A stretch of 63,588 nt of DNA, the filler included, from Hydrolagus affinis (taxonomy: Eukaryota): NCBI GenBank assembly GCA_012026655.1. It is 4 parts of 4 records of this genome, joined end to end, with 100 filler letters (N's around TTAATTAATTAA, not from the genome) between each part and the next. Parts side by side here need not be neighbours in the genome. Positions count along the whole stretch, not along the records: positions 1 to 20,758 come from JAAILG010012898.1; positions 20,859 to 36,877 come from JAAILG010017321.1; 2 more parts are not named here. One strand, written 5' to 3'. Position 1 is the first letter of the stretch. Every line of letters begins with the position of its first letter. Both the position numbers and the translations under genes were made by a program. Below are positions 13,810-26,100 of the stretch, one piece after another. Below the pieces are notes generated by a model. It was not told the origin of the DNA and searched no databases. It was given only the letters and a program-made list of their open reading frames with translations.

Positions 13810-14330
13810 TATGAGTTCAGTTCTGGGCACCATACTTTAGGAAGGATACCAAGGGATTGGAAAGAGTTCAAAGGGGATTTAAGAGGATTGTACCAAGAAA
13901 GAGGTACTTCAGTTATCAGGAGAAGCTAGAAAAACCAGGATTATTCTCGTTGGAGCAGAGAAGGTTAAGCAAAGATGTAATAGAAGTTTTCAAAATTATT
14001 AGGGGATTTGATAGGGTGAACAAAGAGAAACTATCTCCAATGGTGAGTGGGTCAGCAGCCTGGGGACGCCAGTTGAAAATAATTGTTAAAAGAAACAGAG
14101 TGGAGATGAGGAGAAATACTTCCATGAGGCGATTTGTTTGGATCTGGAAGCATTGCCTGAGAGGTTGGTGGAAGCTGATTTGATAACAACGTTTAAGAGA
14201 GAAGTAGATCATTATTTGCAGCGCTATGGGGAAAGCGTGGGTGCGTGGGCTTGATTTGGACAGTTCTTTTCAAAGAGTCAGCACAGACACGATGGGCTGA
14301 ATGGCTTCCTCCTGCGCTATATAATTCTAT
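13810..14330 (+). mobile_element. CR1 LINE 3' fragment
   Basis: LERVQRGFKRIVP...SYQEKLEKPGLFSLEQRRL..DVIEVFKII. Confidence 0.8.
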
Positions 14331-14920
14331 TTTCGATGATTGTATAAAAATATACAGTCAATTGGGTGTCCCGTGGCTCCTTCCTGTTTGGGCGAAATCT
14401 TGGGCAAGTTTCCTTACTCCACATGCCTCACATGCCCATAATCCTTCAAGAAAAAACCCAATAATAATTTAGTTATTCAATCCATGACTGTTTGTGGGAC
14501 ACTGTTATGCGCAATTTGCTACGGCATTTCACCCACAAAATTTACAGTCAATTGACTTCACAGTATATAATGCAAAGTGCTTTGAGATGTCTACAAGATG
14601 TGAAAAACACTACATCAAATGCAAGGATTGTTGTTATAATTATTATAATTTACAGTATATGCTTTGAAGCACTTTGAGATGCCTCAAAGACATAATAAGG
14701 TGATGTATCAAATGCAAGGATTATTATTATTATTATTTAGGGAATTTCATTTACATTAACACTAAAAGGTAAAGTGCAATACTAAATGCAGATTGGCTTC
14801 AAATATTTATGGTACTTCATTTATTTTGTAGTATTCACAAACAGTGGTATTGAAAACCCCTCTCCTCTGGTGATTTAAGTTGAGATATGTGTTGAATAGT
14901 AGCAGTGGCCATTTACTTAC

Positions 14921-15235
14921 CGTGGACAACCAGTGATGTTCCAGTTCCATTTGTCATTCCTCTTTCCCAACATCTCACTCCACAGTGATAGGCTCCTGAG
15001 TCCTGGAGACTGATGTTCAGCAGCTGAAGGGAAGCTTCCCCACTCTGGGTAAGGAACCGTTTTCTGCCGTCTGAGCCCGGCTGGAGATACCCATTCTCAC
15101 CCAGTTTCCACCACTCAACAGTCACAGCGGAATTATCAGAAGGGGAGAAAATGCATTTGAAGGTAACATTGGCAGCTACGATGGCAACGGTGGTTTCAGG
15201 GGTTTGGGTCACTTTGAGGGGAACATCGGCAGCCA
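14921..15235 (-). CDS. Gene C pre-joined VJ-type domain exon, NKp30/SIRP-like
   Basis: 315 nt, phase 1-1, TTTGACAG acceptor and GTAAGT donor; VTQTP..VTFKC..VEWWK..ASLQLLNISLQDSGAYHC..NGTGTSLVV includes a J-like G strand in the same exon; no RSS seen. Leader exon not found. Confidence 0.9.
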
Positions 15236-18200
15236 CTGTCAAAGATAAATACAAACTTTATGTATATGTATTTATCAAATAATATAAAAACATTGATTAA
15301 GAGAACCATATCAAATACCTGGGCCAATGGCGAGAATCACGAGGTACAAAAACACAATCCGTTTCAAAATCATTTTGCGCAGTGTGGGTTGAAGCTTTCT
15401 ACAAATAAATTCAAAGCACTTTTGGGTTTGGGACAACTCAGTTTGTGTTTAATCTGATGCGATACACGACCAGGTGACACGTGATATCACAGCAGTGACA
15501 CCGTGAAGCTGCTGATTGAGTTGATGAGGGTGAGATGGGTGAGATGCAAATGTCCTTATTAGGCTGCAAGGTAACCTCCAAAGTTTGCAATCCATTCACT
15601 CTGATCCCCAGTGTATTGGCTATATCTGATGGAAAATATGTAACATCAGATAGATTGGGCGGAAATATTTTGTGTTTTGACCCCTTTGTTTAGATGAAAG
15701 AATTGGGTAACTGCAATCAATTGACAACCATTATTACGAGAGCAAAAGAATATTTCACAATCTCCCTTCACATTTCTAGGTTGTCAACAAAATATTTGGA
15801 AAATGTGTTACGTATTGCGATTTTCTTCATGTGCACAGGTGTCGCCAAGCTTCTTTCTAGAAATAACCACATACTGTACTATATAAATATTCAGTAACTC
15901 AAGCTACATGAACACTATAAACCCAACTGTTTTTTACATAGGAAATTTCAGCTTTCTTTGACTCACGAAATTCACCCATATCTGGGACTTAACTAGACTT
16001 TATCGTTTATTTTGCCAACAATATACATCGTCAATTCACTTTACAGTGTATTTTGTGAAGCACCTTCACTCGTCTCGAAAACATGAGAAATAAATAAATG
16101 ATATTTGTATAAAGCCTTTCAAGTTGGGAGGACGTCCCAAGCCGCTGAACAGTAGAACTGTTATATCAAATGCAAAGTTTATTATTATATTGCATATAAT
16201 ATTGCATATTTTGCATTGAGGCTTGAGAGAGCCACATAGGTTGTCTAGAAACATATTTTCTGGCAGGAAAACAAAACAAAACTGCACTTTGGCAATTATG
16301 TCAATAGATATTAATGGTTATCACCTCCAACCTGGTATTTCTGGGTTTGAAGGATTATGTTACCACATAAATATTGCAAAAATAATAATAATCCTTCAGT
16401 TTGATATAGCGCTTTTCATATCTTCTAGATGTCTCAAAGCACTTCAGGAGACACTCTGTAAAGTGGAGTGACTGTGTGTTATGTGGATTAAGCAAAATAT
16501 TTTATTACCCGATTGGATGATTAATAATATTAATTATTAGTATGATTAATAATCACTTCCCTACACGAAACAACGCTCACTCAATCTAGCGGAGATGCTC
16601 AACCCCGGAATTCTGACAAAATGTAATCTGTTGTTGTCTCAACGACATGTTAAGAAGAGGCTGTATGAAATGCAAGAGTCATTATTATTTATGATACTAT
16701 TAAGCTCCCTAAGACGCCATCCGACATGGAGATCGCTATATAAATCCAAGTTGTTGTTGTTGTAATAATCATGGAATTCTGTAGCTCAGTGTTTAGAGCC
16801 CTTGCCTAGCGAGTGAGAGACCAGGCAAAAAAATCACTTCACAGTATATTCTGTGAAGCGCTTTGAAACATTTAGAAAATATCAAAAATGCTATATCAAA
16901 TGCGAGGATTATTATTATTTTGCAATATTTATGTGATAACATAATCCTTCAAACCCAGAAATAACGGGTTTAGGTGATAATTGGAAGCCTTCTGCATTAA
17001 AGCCTGTCATAAAAGATAGGGAAATTAACTTCTCGTTAAATGTGTTTTGTAAAATCAACTGGCATGGTTCAATATTTTGATATGATTACATGAGACAGAG
17101 GTAAGATCATCTCATTGTGGGTAAAATCTATTCACACTCCTCTGATGTTTCTCTATATGCTAATACGTACTCTGGAGGTTGAACAGAATACAGCAATGTG
17201 ATCAACAATGACAACTTCGATTTATATAGTGCTCTCCACGCCGGACAGTGTCTCAGATCAGGAATGATGTGTTATTCGGCTCAATAGTCAACAACAACTT
17301 TATTTATAACACAAACAAATACTCGTGTTCCTAGAAGCTCTAATCACACACCTCGTTTGCTTGAACAGGTTTGATTGACACAGAATGATCAATACCATTT
17401 ATTAACTTCAACTGAACAATTGTGGCAATATATTCAGCCGATCAGTTGATGCCAATAACTACAGTAGGGAAGCCAGTATCTTGGGTAGAACCACATATAT
17501 GTCCCAGATTATAATTATCACTGAGAGCTGCAAACATGGTACAATGTGTCACATTATGTGGTAAATGTGGGTAAAACACTGCAGTGAATTGTGCACAGCA
17601 ATTTCCCACAAACAGTCATTGGTTGAGTGAGCAATTGTATGTATATCTATAGAATGTTAAGTCTCAATCATTTAGTCCAATTATTTTCCTATGTGCCATT
17701 CACACACAGAGTGAATAAATATTCCAGATATATTGCAATAATATATTGTTAGAGCCATACAGAGGTATAATTTAATTTTTAACGACTGTTGGTATGTAGC
17801 TTGCGGTATCAGGACTAAATGTTGCTTTACTTTACCACCGCTGAATACTTACTGGTACAAATGTGGAAGACAGTGTAAGTGACTCTCTGTCACACAGTAA
17901 CTATATTATGGTGCCTCGGGGATCAATATGAATCCTGCTCATTGTGTGTTTTTTATGCAATGATTAGTCCTGCTTTAATCACAGTGAATCATTTCCTCAC
18001 CTGAGGTGGCATCTGAGGTACTCTATCTATCAGCGGCAATGTATAACCATGTAATGTTTCAATGTTTCCACAGAGCATCGAAATAAATGACTCATACGCT
18101 GTTTCATTAATTGACTCCGCCTTTTGACCACTGGCTGAATTTGTTTCTCTTGCTGAATACTTCTGGTGCTGCTGCCCAAGTTTTTCAACAAGTTTATAGT

Positions 18201-20137
18201 ATTAATCGCTGGGTACTGGGTTTGGGGGCCAGTGATTTATGATCTACTTGAATTAAAACATTAAACTCCAACGAATAATTATGCACACCTTTTAATGCAT
18301 AGTAATAATGCTTGCATTTGATATAGTGCTTTTTATGTCTTCTAGATGACTCAAAGCGCTTCACAGAATATTACTGGAAAGTGAATTGACTGTAGATTGT
18401 GGGCAAAACGTGTGCACAGGAGAGTCCCACAAACAGTCATGGACTGAAATGACCAATTTATTATGATTATTTTTTTGAGGGATTATTATCAGGTGTGTGG
18501 AGTAAGGAAACGTGCCCAAGGTTTTGCCCTGACTGCCTGGAATTGAACCCAGGTCTCTTGCTTGCAAGGCGAGGGTTCTAACCAATGAGCTACAGGATTC
18601 CACTATATTTAAGGATAACCATGCAATCAGCCCTGAAATACTCTTATCCCCAGATGCCAGGGGTTTAACAGCACAGCCCCATCAGTGGCAGCATCATTGA
18701 GGATTTACAGAGATTTACAAAGGGAACATTGGTCTGTGGAGGGCAAACACCATTCGTATCATTGAATTTGAGTCTTGATTTCAGTCTTGAGACATTGTAT
18801 GCAACTGACTCAACACATCAATGTGAAAACCTTTTAGGCAACTGCCTGGAATGTGTGACAATATAAATAGGAGCACAACGATCCTGCTTAAGTTCATGAA
18901 ATTCAATTTAATTTAAACCAGTGAATAGATACAAAAGCATGTTGATTAAACACTTTAAAGAAAAAAACAATCTTTGCTTTGATTTCATCAAATGGAACGT
19001 TGCAGTGTGACATAGAAACAGATGCAATGAGACACATAGACTTCACTGATGGCCAACAAAAGTCTTTGCGGTGTGAGAGTGTAGCTGTGATACACACACA
19101 CACACACATCTATATATGTAGATGGAGATATATGCGTATACTTGTGAAATTGCTACACCTAAACAGGCACACGCTCCATCAGTTCATGTGTTGCATAAAT
19201 GGCCTGTGAGTGTGGACAATCGTGTTCTTTATTTAACCAGAGACAATGATAAAAAATAAATATTGCTTCATTTCAGCTACATTTTGCACATACTTGCATA
19301 ACGCCCACACAATAACCTTTACATTGTGGCAGATGAATTGCATCGCATTTTCTTAGAAACTGTTAAGGTTATTTATATCAGTTTATTTCTAATTTGAGTC
19401 TCTGTTCGTTAGTGTCATCAGATGAGCCAACATAATACAGTATAGTGAAACAAAACATTACCCTCACTGCACACACTGAACTGATATATATTTACTTCCA
19501 GCAGCATGTAATAATAATACTTGCATTTGATATAGCACTTTTCATGTCTTCTAGACATCTCAACGTGCTTCAGTATATACTGTAACATGTATTGACTGTA
19601 TATTTGTGGGTGAAACGTGGCAGTCAAATGCTCATAGCAGTGTTCCACAAACAGTAGTGGATTGAAATGATCAATTGTTTATATTTTATTTGAGAGATTA
19701 TTATTAGGCGTGTGGAGTAAGGAAACTTGACCAAGGTTTCACCCTGCCTGGAATTGAACCAAGGTCTCTTTCTTGCAAGGCGAGTACTCTAACCACTGAG
19801 CTACAGGACTCCACAAGACAGGATTTATCCATGAGGCAGCTCAAACTCGGGCTGAATAACTTTTAAATGTAACGGATTGAGAATTGTTTTTAGAATTGAT
19901 CACATGCTCTACATACAAATTTTGTAGTCATCAAACCGTATGTTTGTTGTTGAAATTGGCTACACAGACAATGGATTGAAGAGAGCTGGAATCAACTAAA
20001 GGCGGCTGCTTTTTGGCCAATAATTCAACTGACGATCAATCCTTGAAATGTTTGGATTTCCCAGAGAGAGAGAGAAACATTACTGAACCATATTCATTCA
20101 TCATAATCAAAACACAAAATACTAAAGATACTGGAAA

Positions 20138-20347
20138 TCTGAAACAGAAACAGAAGTTTCTGGGAAAACTCAGCAGGTCAGGCAGCATCCATGGAGAAAG
20201 GAAAGTGAGTCAACGTTTCGGGTCCATGACCCTTTGTCAGAACTCAAAAGAAGGGTCGTGGACCCGAAATGTTGACTCACTTTCCTTTCTCCATGGATGC
20301 TGCCTGACCTGCTGAGTTTTCCCAGCAACTTTTGTTTTTGTTTCAGA
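20138..20347. repeat. About 210-nt near-perfect palindrome (hairpin) of a Penelope-associated terminal repeat type
   Basis: Left arm TCTGAAAC...CAGGCAGCATCCATGGAGAAAGGAAAGTGAGTCAAC is the reverse complement of the right arm; partial second copy at about 39770-39940. Confidence 0.8.
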
Positions 20348-20758
20348 ATCACCACAGTCTATGGCTGAAGCCCAGTAGTAAGTACTTGGCTAAGCTGTAT
20401 CTGAAACAAAGCGTAAGAATTCCATGTTTTGGTGTTTGATTTATTTTATTTTATTCAATTCTATCGAAGATATGAAGATTGACCAAATCCGATAAATGTT
20501 GTTTATTTATTATTTATTTGAGGTCTACAAAACCACTTCACAGTGTTAGAAACTTCACAGTGTTAGAAATCTGGTCCCAGATTTTTATTGGTATATTTTA
20601 TTCTAGTGACATAATAGCTTCATTGATTTTATAAACGATTATAGTTGATAGCACAGCGACATTATCAGATTAGCATTTAACAATTTTGAAGATGAAATTG
20701 GATCGAGTTCATAAATGATGGTTAATAAGAATGGAATCGGGAAAAGGGAAAATGATGT

Positions 20759-20858
20759 NNNNNNNNNNNNNNNNNNNNNNNNNNNNNNNNNNNNNNNNNN
20801 NNTTAATTAATTAANNNNNNNNNNNNNNNNNNNNNNNNNNNNNNNNNNNNNNNNNNNN
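20759..20858. other. Unsized assembly gap: 44 N + TTAATTAATTAA + 44 N (identical at 36878-36977 and 51550-51649)
   Basis: Exactly 100 nt each, with a central linker that has stop codons in all six frames. Confidence 0.95.
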
Positions 20859-23017
20859 CATTCCAGTTGTTGACTACTCAGTGCCCAATGATCGGGTTAA
20901 AAGGCTTTTCAGACTCCAAAGCCATTTAAACCGATCCAAGCATAAAAACTTGCCATAAATTGGGAATTTTATCCAGCATGTTTATGTGTTGATTCATCAA
21001 CCAAAGTTCTATGAAAATCCAATTTTTTCAGTCGATACATTTCACCTAATTTCTCTACAGATGTTTCTGATCATCAGCAGTCTGATTATTTTGAAAAATA
21101 TATTTCAATTGTGTTAAGTTTGCTTTTTATGACTTTTGCTAAAAAATTACTCATAACAGTTTTATTGTTGGTTAAATATAAAGAATTGGAGGCTGAAAGG
21201 GTGTGAAAACCCCTGAGGTCCTGATGGTTCAAGATAAAGTGTTGATTTTTTGCAAACGTGTGTAGAATGGGTTTTTGCAGAGGTATGTAGACTTGTGGTG
21301 ACAAACTGTCACAATGTGTATGTTGTAAACTGCTGATTGCAGAGCTAACCCCGTATAAGGGAATGGCGGGTACGTGCAGCAGGCAGATAACCAGACATTG
21401 CTACAGCAGAAGGGGCCCAAAGGTCTGACCATGTCTAGTGTAAAAGCAACATGCAGACTGTGTCAAGTGCAGAAAGGGGAACCAGACATAACATACCCAC
21501 GAGATGTCCACGAGGGGCATGTGCTGAATAATGACTTTGATTATAAATAAGGATGAGCCTGGGGGACTGCACTTCGCTCGTGGGCCAGCGGCTGTGACCG
21601 AGCTGACCCAGAAGGGAAGTCCTCCTCTCACCCGGTAGTATTGTTTCTTTATGCGCTTTTATTGTTGTTACTCGGGCAGATGCTGACGATTGAATCTTTT
21701 ATTAAATAAGAATTAATTACTTTAGGTTTGCCCAGAATTTAATTATTTACGCTGCCCAATCCCATGAATGTTCTAATCTTCCTATAACCATCTAGTTCAG
21801 CGTGGCAATCTACCACATACATTATCTTGATTTTATTTGCAAACCTAGCGACTCTACTTGCGATTTCTATTTCCAGATCATTGATTTGAATGTTAAACAA
21901 AAGAGGTCCCAAAGTAGGTCCTTTAGGAACTACAGTGGTAACGTTTTCTCAGTTTCGTTACATTCCCTGAACAAACACCCTCTTGTATCTTCCAGCATAT
22001 GAGTTGCATATCCATCGTGATACACTTACACTGATTTTCAGATAGTTTACGTTCTGTAGCAGCCTCTCAGAGGAACTGTATCAAAGGTCCTCCTGAAATC
22101 CACGTATACAACAGCACTGGCTTAGATTTATCAAGCTCTCTTTTCACACAATCAATGAAAGCAGTATATTATATCAGCAAACTCTCCCATTCATGAACCC
22201 ACGTTGGTTATCATTAATTATTTTATTCTTGTCCAGATGCTACATGATTTTATCATTAAGCAGCGTCTTGATAATTTTACGTACAATCAAAATCAAACTT
22301 ATTGGTCTGTAGTTTGCTGCGATACTTTTGTTGCATTTTTTAAACATAGGAAATCAATCTGTCTTTCTCCAGTGCTTAATCATTATTACAGTTAGATTTT
22401 GAAAGGATTATTTTACCTGAACAATTATGCTCAACATAGTCACTATTATCAAATATTTCTAATATTTCTAATGTACCATAATCCGATTTCATGACTGGAA
22501 TCAACTGCAAATCATTTAATCATAATGGTAATAAACCTTGCATTTGATATAGCGCTGTTCCCATCTTCTAAACATCTGAAAGCGCTTCATAGAATGTACT
22601 GACCTGTGAATTGACAGTAGATTTATGGACAAAATGTGGCAGCCAATTACGCACAGCAGCGTCCATACAAACAGCCATGGGTTGAAATTATCAATTTTTT
22701 TGTGTATGTGTGTGTGCAGTAAGGGAACGTGCCCAAGCTTTCGCTCTGAACTGCCTGGATTTTAATACAGGTCCCACGTTTGCAAGGTGACTGCGCTAAC
22801 CACTTTACACCATAGGATTCCACTCAGTCAGTGAGTGACTTAGTTTGGTGCAGATTAATTACAAAATCTCTTCATCACAGTGATTATAGTCCCATTTTGA
22901 CACTGAGCACCCTCCAGGCACATTTACCTGATAGTAATAATTCTGCCATTTGATGCAATGGGAGAATTCATTTGCAGTTGCATATGGGATCCGAATGATA
23001 GGACGCTGTTTCTCTGG

Positions 23018-23104
23018 TCATTCCTGCCTTTTTCTGTGTGGTTTGCGAGTGGTGGGGAAATCCAGTGAGTCATAAACCACCTGTATCTGATCTTCAGCCT
23101 GAGA
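23018..23104 (-). CDS. Gene A terminal exon with ITIM: SQAEDQIQVVYDSLDFPTTRKPHRKRQE*
   Basis: TTTATTTTCCAG acceptor; phase 0 matches the preceding exon; VVYDSL fits the ITIM consensus (I/V/L/S)xYxx(L/V). Confidence 0.75.
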   Translation of the reverse strand, partial: SQAEDQIQVVYDSLDFPTTRKPHRKRQE

Positions 23105-26100
23105 CTGGAAAATAAATCTTCAGTAATAATATCAACAGCATTGCATTTGTTATAGCAACTTCTCACTTGCAGACATCTCAAAGCGCTTCACATGATACAC
23201 CATAAAGAGGATTGATTGCATATTTTATAGGGAAACACAGCAGCCAATTCACACTTTTGTGTCCTGAAAACAATGTGCATTGAGTGACATTTTATACTAT
23301 TTCGTTTGAAGGAATTATTACCCCCAGAAATCCCTTCCACCAATTGACTGACAAGAAGGTACCCACTTACTAATGGTAAACCGAGATGTGTATGTTTCTA
23401 TTTGTGTATGTATGTGTGTCTGTGGGTGAGGGGGGAATGGGGGGGGGGGTATAGTGGTGTGTGTTTGGAGTATGGTTGTTTGCCCAATACTTCGGACTTT
23501 CCCGCTCATGTCTCTAACTTGTGAAGCCAGAGATCTAACCACGGGCTCCATCGTGGGTGAACAGTATGATGAATAGATGGTTACATAGCGAATCGAACGA
23601 TAGCATTATCCATCAATATGTGGCCATTTGCTGAGAGACTCAATGCAAAATTACTCTTGTCTATCACCTTACACATCAGCATGATGTCCCAAGGCATTGG
23701 ACAGTCAGGGATTTTTGGTCCCAAGCAGGGAGTGTTCGTCAGGAGAGTTGGGAGCAGTAGGTGGGATGAGATAGTGGTTGAAGTTGCATTCAAAGTGGAA
23801 GGTCATTAGACAGGACTTGAGCAAGGCAGAAATAACAGGTTCAACATTACAGTTGTATAGTGCCTTTTGCGGCAGGAAAATGTCCCAACTCGCTGGAGAA
23901 TCATTGTTTCAGACCCGAGCTGGGAACAGGGATGGGGGAGGGAAAGGGGAGGATTTGGGGTAACCAGTCGGAACGTCAAAAGTAAGATCTTGAGGCGGGA
24001 CGTGAAGGAGGACATGGCGATTGTGAGGCTGACAGACTCTAGGACAAGCAAGCTCTCAATGGGCAACTCAAGTGGTTTAAGATGGGTAGTTACCAGCAGT
24101 TATCAAAATGCACAACCTGCACTCTCATCCCCCAAGCCTTGGTCCAAGCAGATCTGCACCTAATTGAGTGTGGGGTTGGGAGGGTGATCTATGGAGCGAC
24201 CTACACAGAAGCAATAGAGGGAGGGATTCTGGTGGAGGGATTGTGGTTTAGATCTCCAGAATCTGGAGAAAGTGAGCCTGAATCCCATTCAACAACAACA
24301 ACAAAGAAATTGGACTTTTATCACGCCGTTGAACTCGGGAGGACATCCCAAAGCGCTAAACTATCTGGTCGTTACCCGAGCGAGTTGGGACATTCTCCTG
24401 CCGCAAAAGGCACTATAATCATGGATTGATTGAGGGGGGTGTGAGGGAGTGGGTGGGTAGGGAGGGGAGGGTCGAAGTAGAAGAAGGAGAGTGGGAGAGT
24501 TGGAAGAGTTAGTGGGGCAGCCAAAGTATGGTCGAAGAGGAAGGTCTTGAGACCGGCCTTGAAGGAGGAAAGGGGGGAAGCGAGGTGGAGGGGCTGTGGG
24601 ATGGAGTTCCACAGTGTGGAAGCAAAGAGACTGAAAGCCCGGCCGCCGATGGTTGGGCGGTTACGGTGGTGGAGACTCAACCTCAAATATAGACACCAAC
24701 TGGCTGGATAATAGTTTTCACTTATTTAGCGTTGACCTTCTCTTTGTTTTACTTTGGTTAACTGTTGCAATGTCGATACGTTTGGCACATGCTCATTTTA
24801 ACTACCTCCTAATTTTCTGAGGATGCTGACTAGTCACCGATGTATGTGACTGCTCAGTTGTTTTGCTCACTGATTTGGAACACACAAAGCTTTGCAAAAC
24901 TTGATAAATAATAACAATAATTTGTGCACTGATATTATCACATCTTTGAGACATCTCAAACTGCTTCACAGCTTACACTGTAAAGTGGAATAACTGTGTG
25001 TTTTCTGGCCAAAACACTGTAGCAAATTGTTTACAGCGATATCCCCTAATAGCAAAATATTCGAGGACAAATTTATTCGTACTATTATTAAAGAAATTAT
25101 TACCTCTGGGAGCCACCAACCAAAGTAGGTATCTTTCCATGCTTTTTCTCACTCAACTGAAAATCAGTTAAAATTAGTTTAAAAGAAGGAACTTACCTTA
25201 TTCAGACGATGATTTCTGTGCATTAATTCACCTGCATAGTGATAATAATACTAGTTATAATAATGTTAATAATCATCAACAGTTTAGGGCTTCCCTAAAC
25301 TCTTTACTGCATTTTCTTCACATTAAGAGAAATAAACAAAAGTAATTGGTTGTTGTAATTATAATAATAAATTTGACAATTTTGTCACTCATAAACACTT
25401 GGAACCTACCTTCACTGAGAGAATCAAACTTTAAAACAAAAATAATACTGATCACCCTTTTATTTAGCATAAACAGTTATCACGTAGTGTTGACGCTGCA
25501 ATTCGCTTCAATGTATACACAGTAAAGCGAATTGACTATATATTTTGTGCATTGAGTGACCACAGTGGGAACCATGTTGGTATAATAGAAATCTGGATTG
25601 GAATAATCTTGTTCTAAAATTACCGGAATGAATCTCACCTGGATAGTCATGATTTCCTAATTTTGTTTCCATTTTCTGATTGTTACTGCAAACTCGGAAA
25701 ACACAAGAGTGTTATTTACTGTACACTGTGTATATATATATATATGAAAATACTTAATAAAATGGCTAAGTCTTTAATAATAATAATCCTTGCATTTGAT
25801 ACAGTTCCTTATCATGTATTCGGGAAGTATCAAAGCACTCCACAGAAAATGCAGTAAAGTGAATTAACTGTCCATTTGTTTCCCTGAACCCTAACAGTTT
25901 TTATGTGGCAACTGTCATTTCATTTCTGACGAAAGTTTGCCCTTGTCGTCCCATTGTGCACCTATTTCGAGCTAAAATAAATTCAGTGTTGAAGTGGACT
26001 GGAATATCAAACACAATTGAGGATTTTACTGTGAAAGAAACTCTGAAATTATTCTTACTGTTTACTGCCTCCCATCTTGGCATTTTCTGCTTGAAACACA

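Noticed and set aside
15236-20758. Leader exon candidates for gene C (e.g. MLLYLFT near 18.9 kb)
   Set aside because: Too short or weak donor sites; none convincing, and the true leader may lie in the gap at 20759
20803-20814. TTAATTAATTAA palindrome, repeated at 36922-36933 and 51594-51605
   Set aside because: Always centred in a 44N-12-44N block; an artificial six-frame-stop scaffold linker, not biology
21290-21720. Possible solo LTR (TATA-like TATAAATAAG, AT-rich poly(A)-like end)
   Set aside because: No second copy, target-site duplication or primer-binding site could be identified by eye
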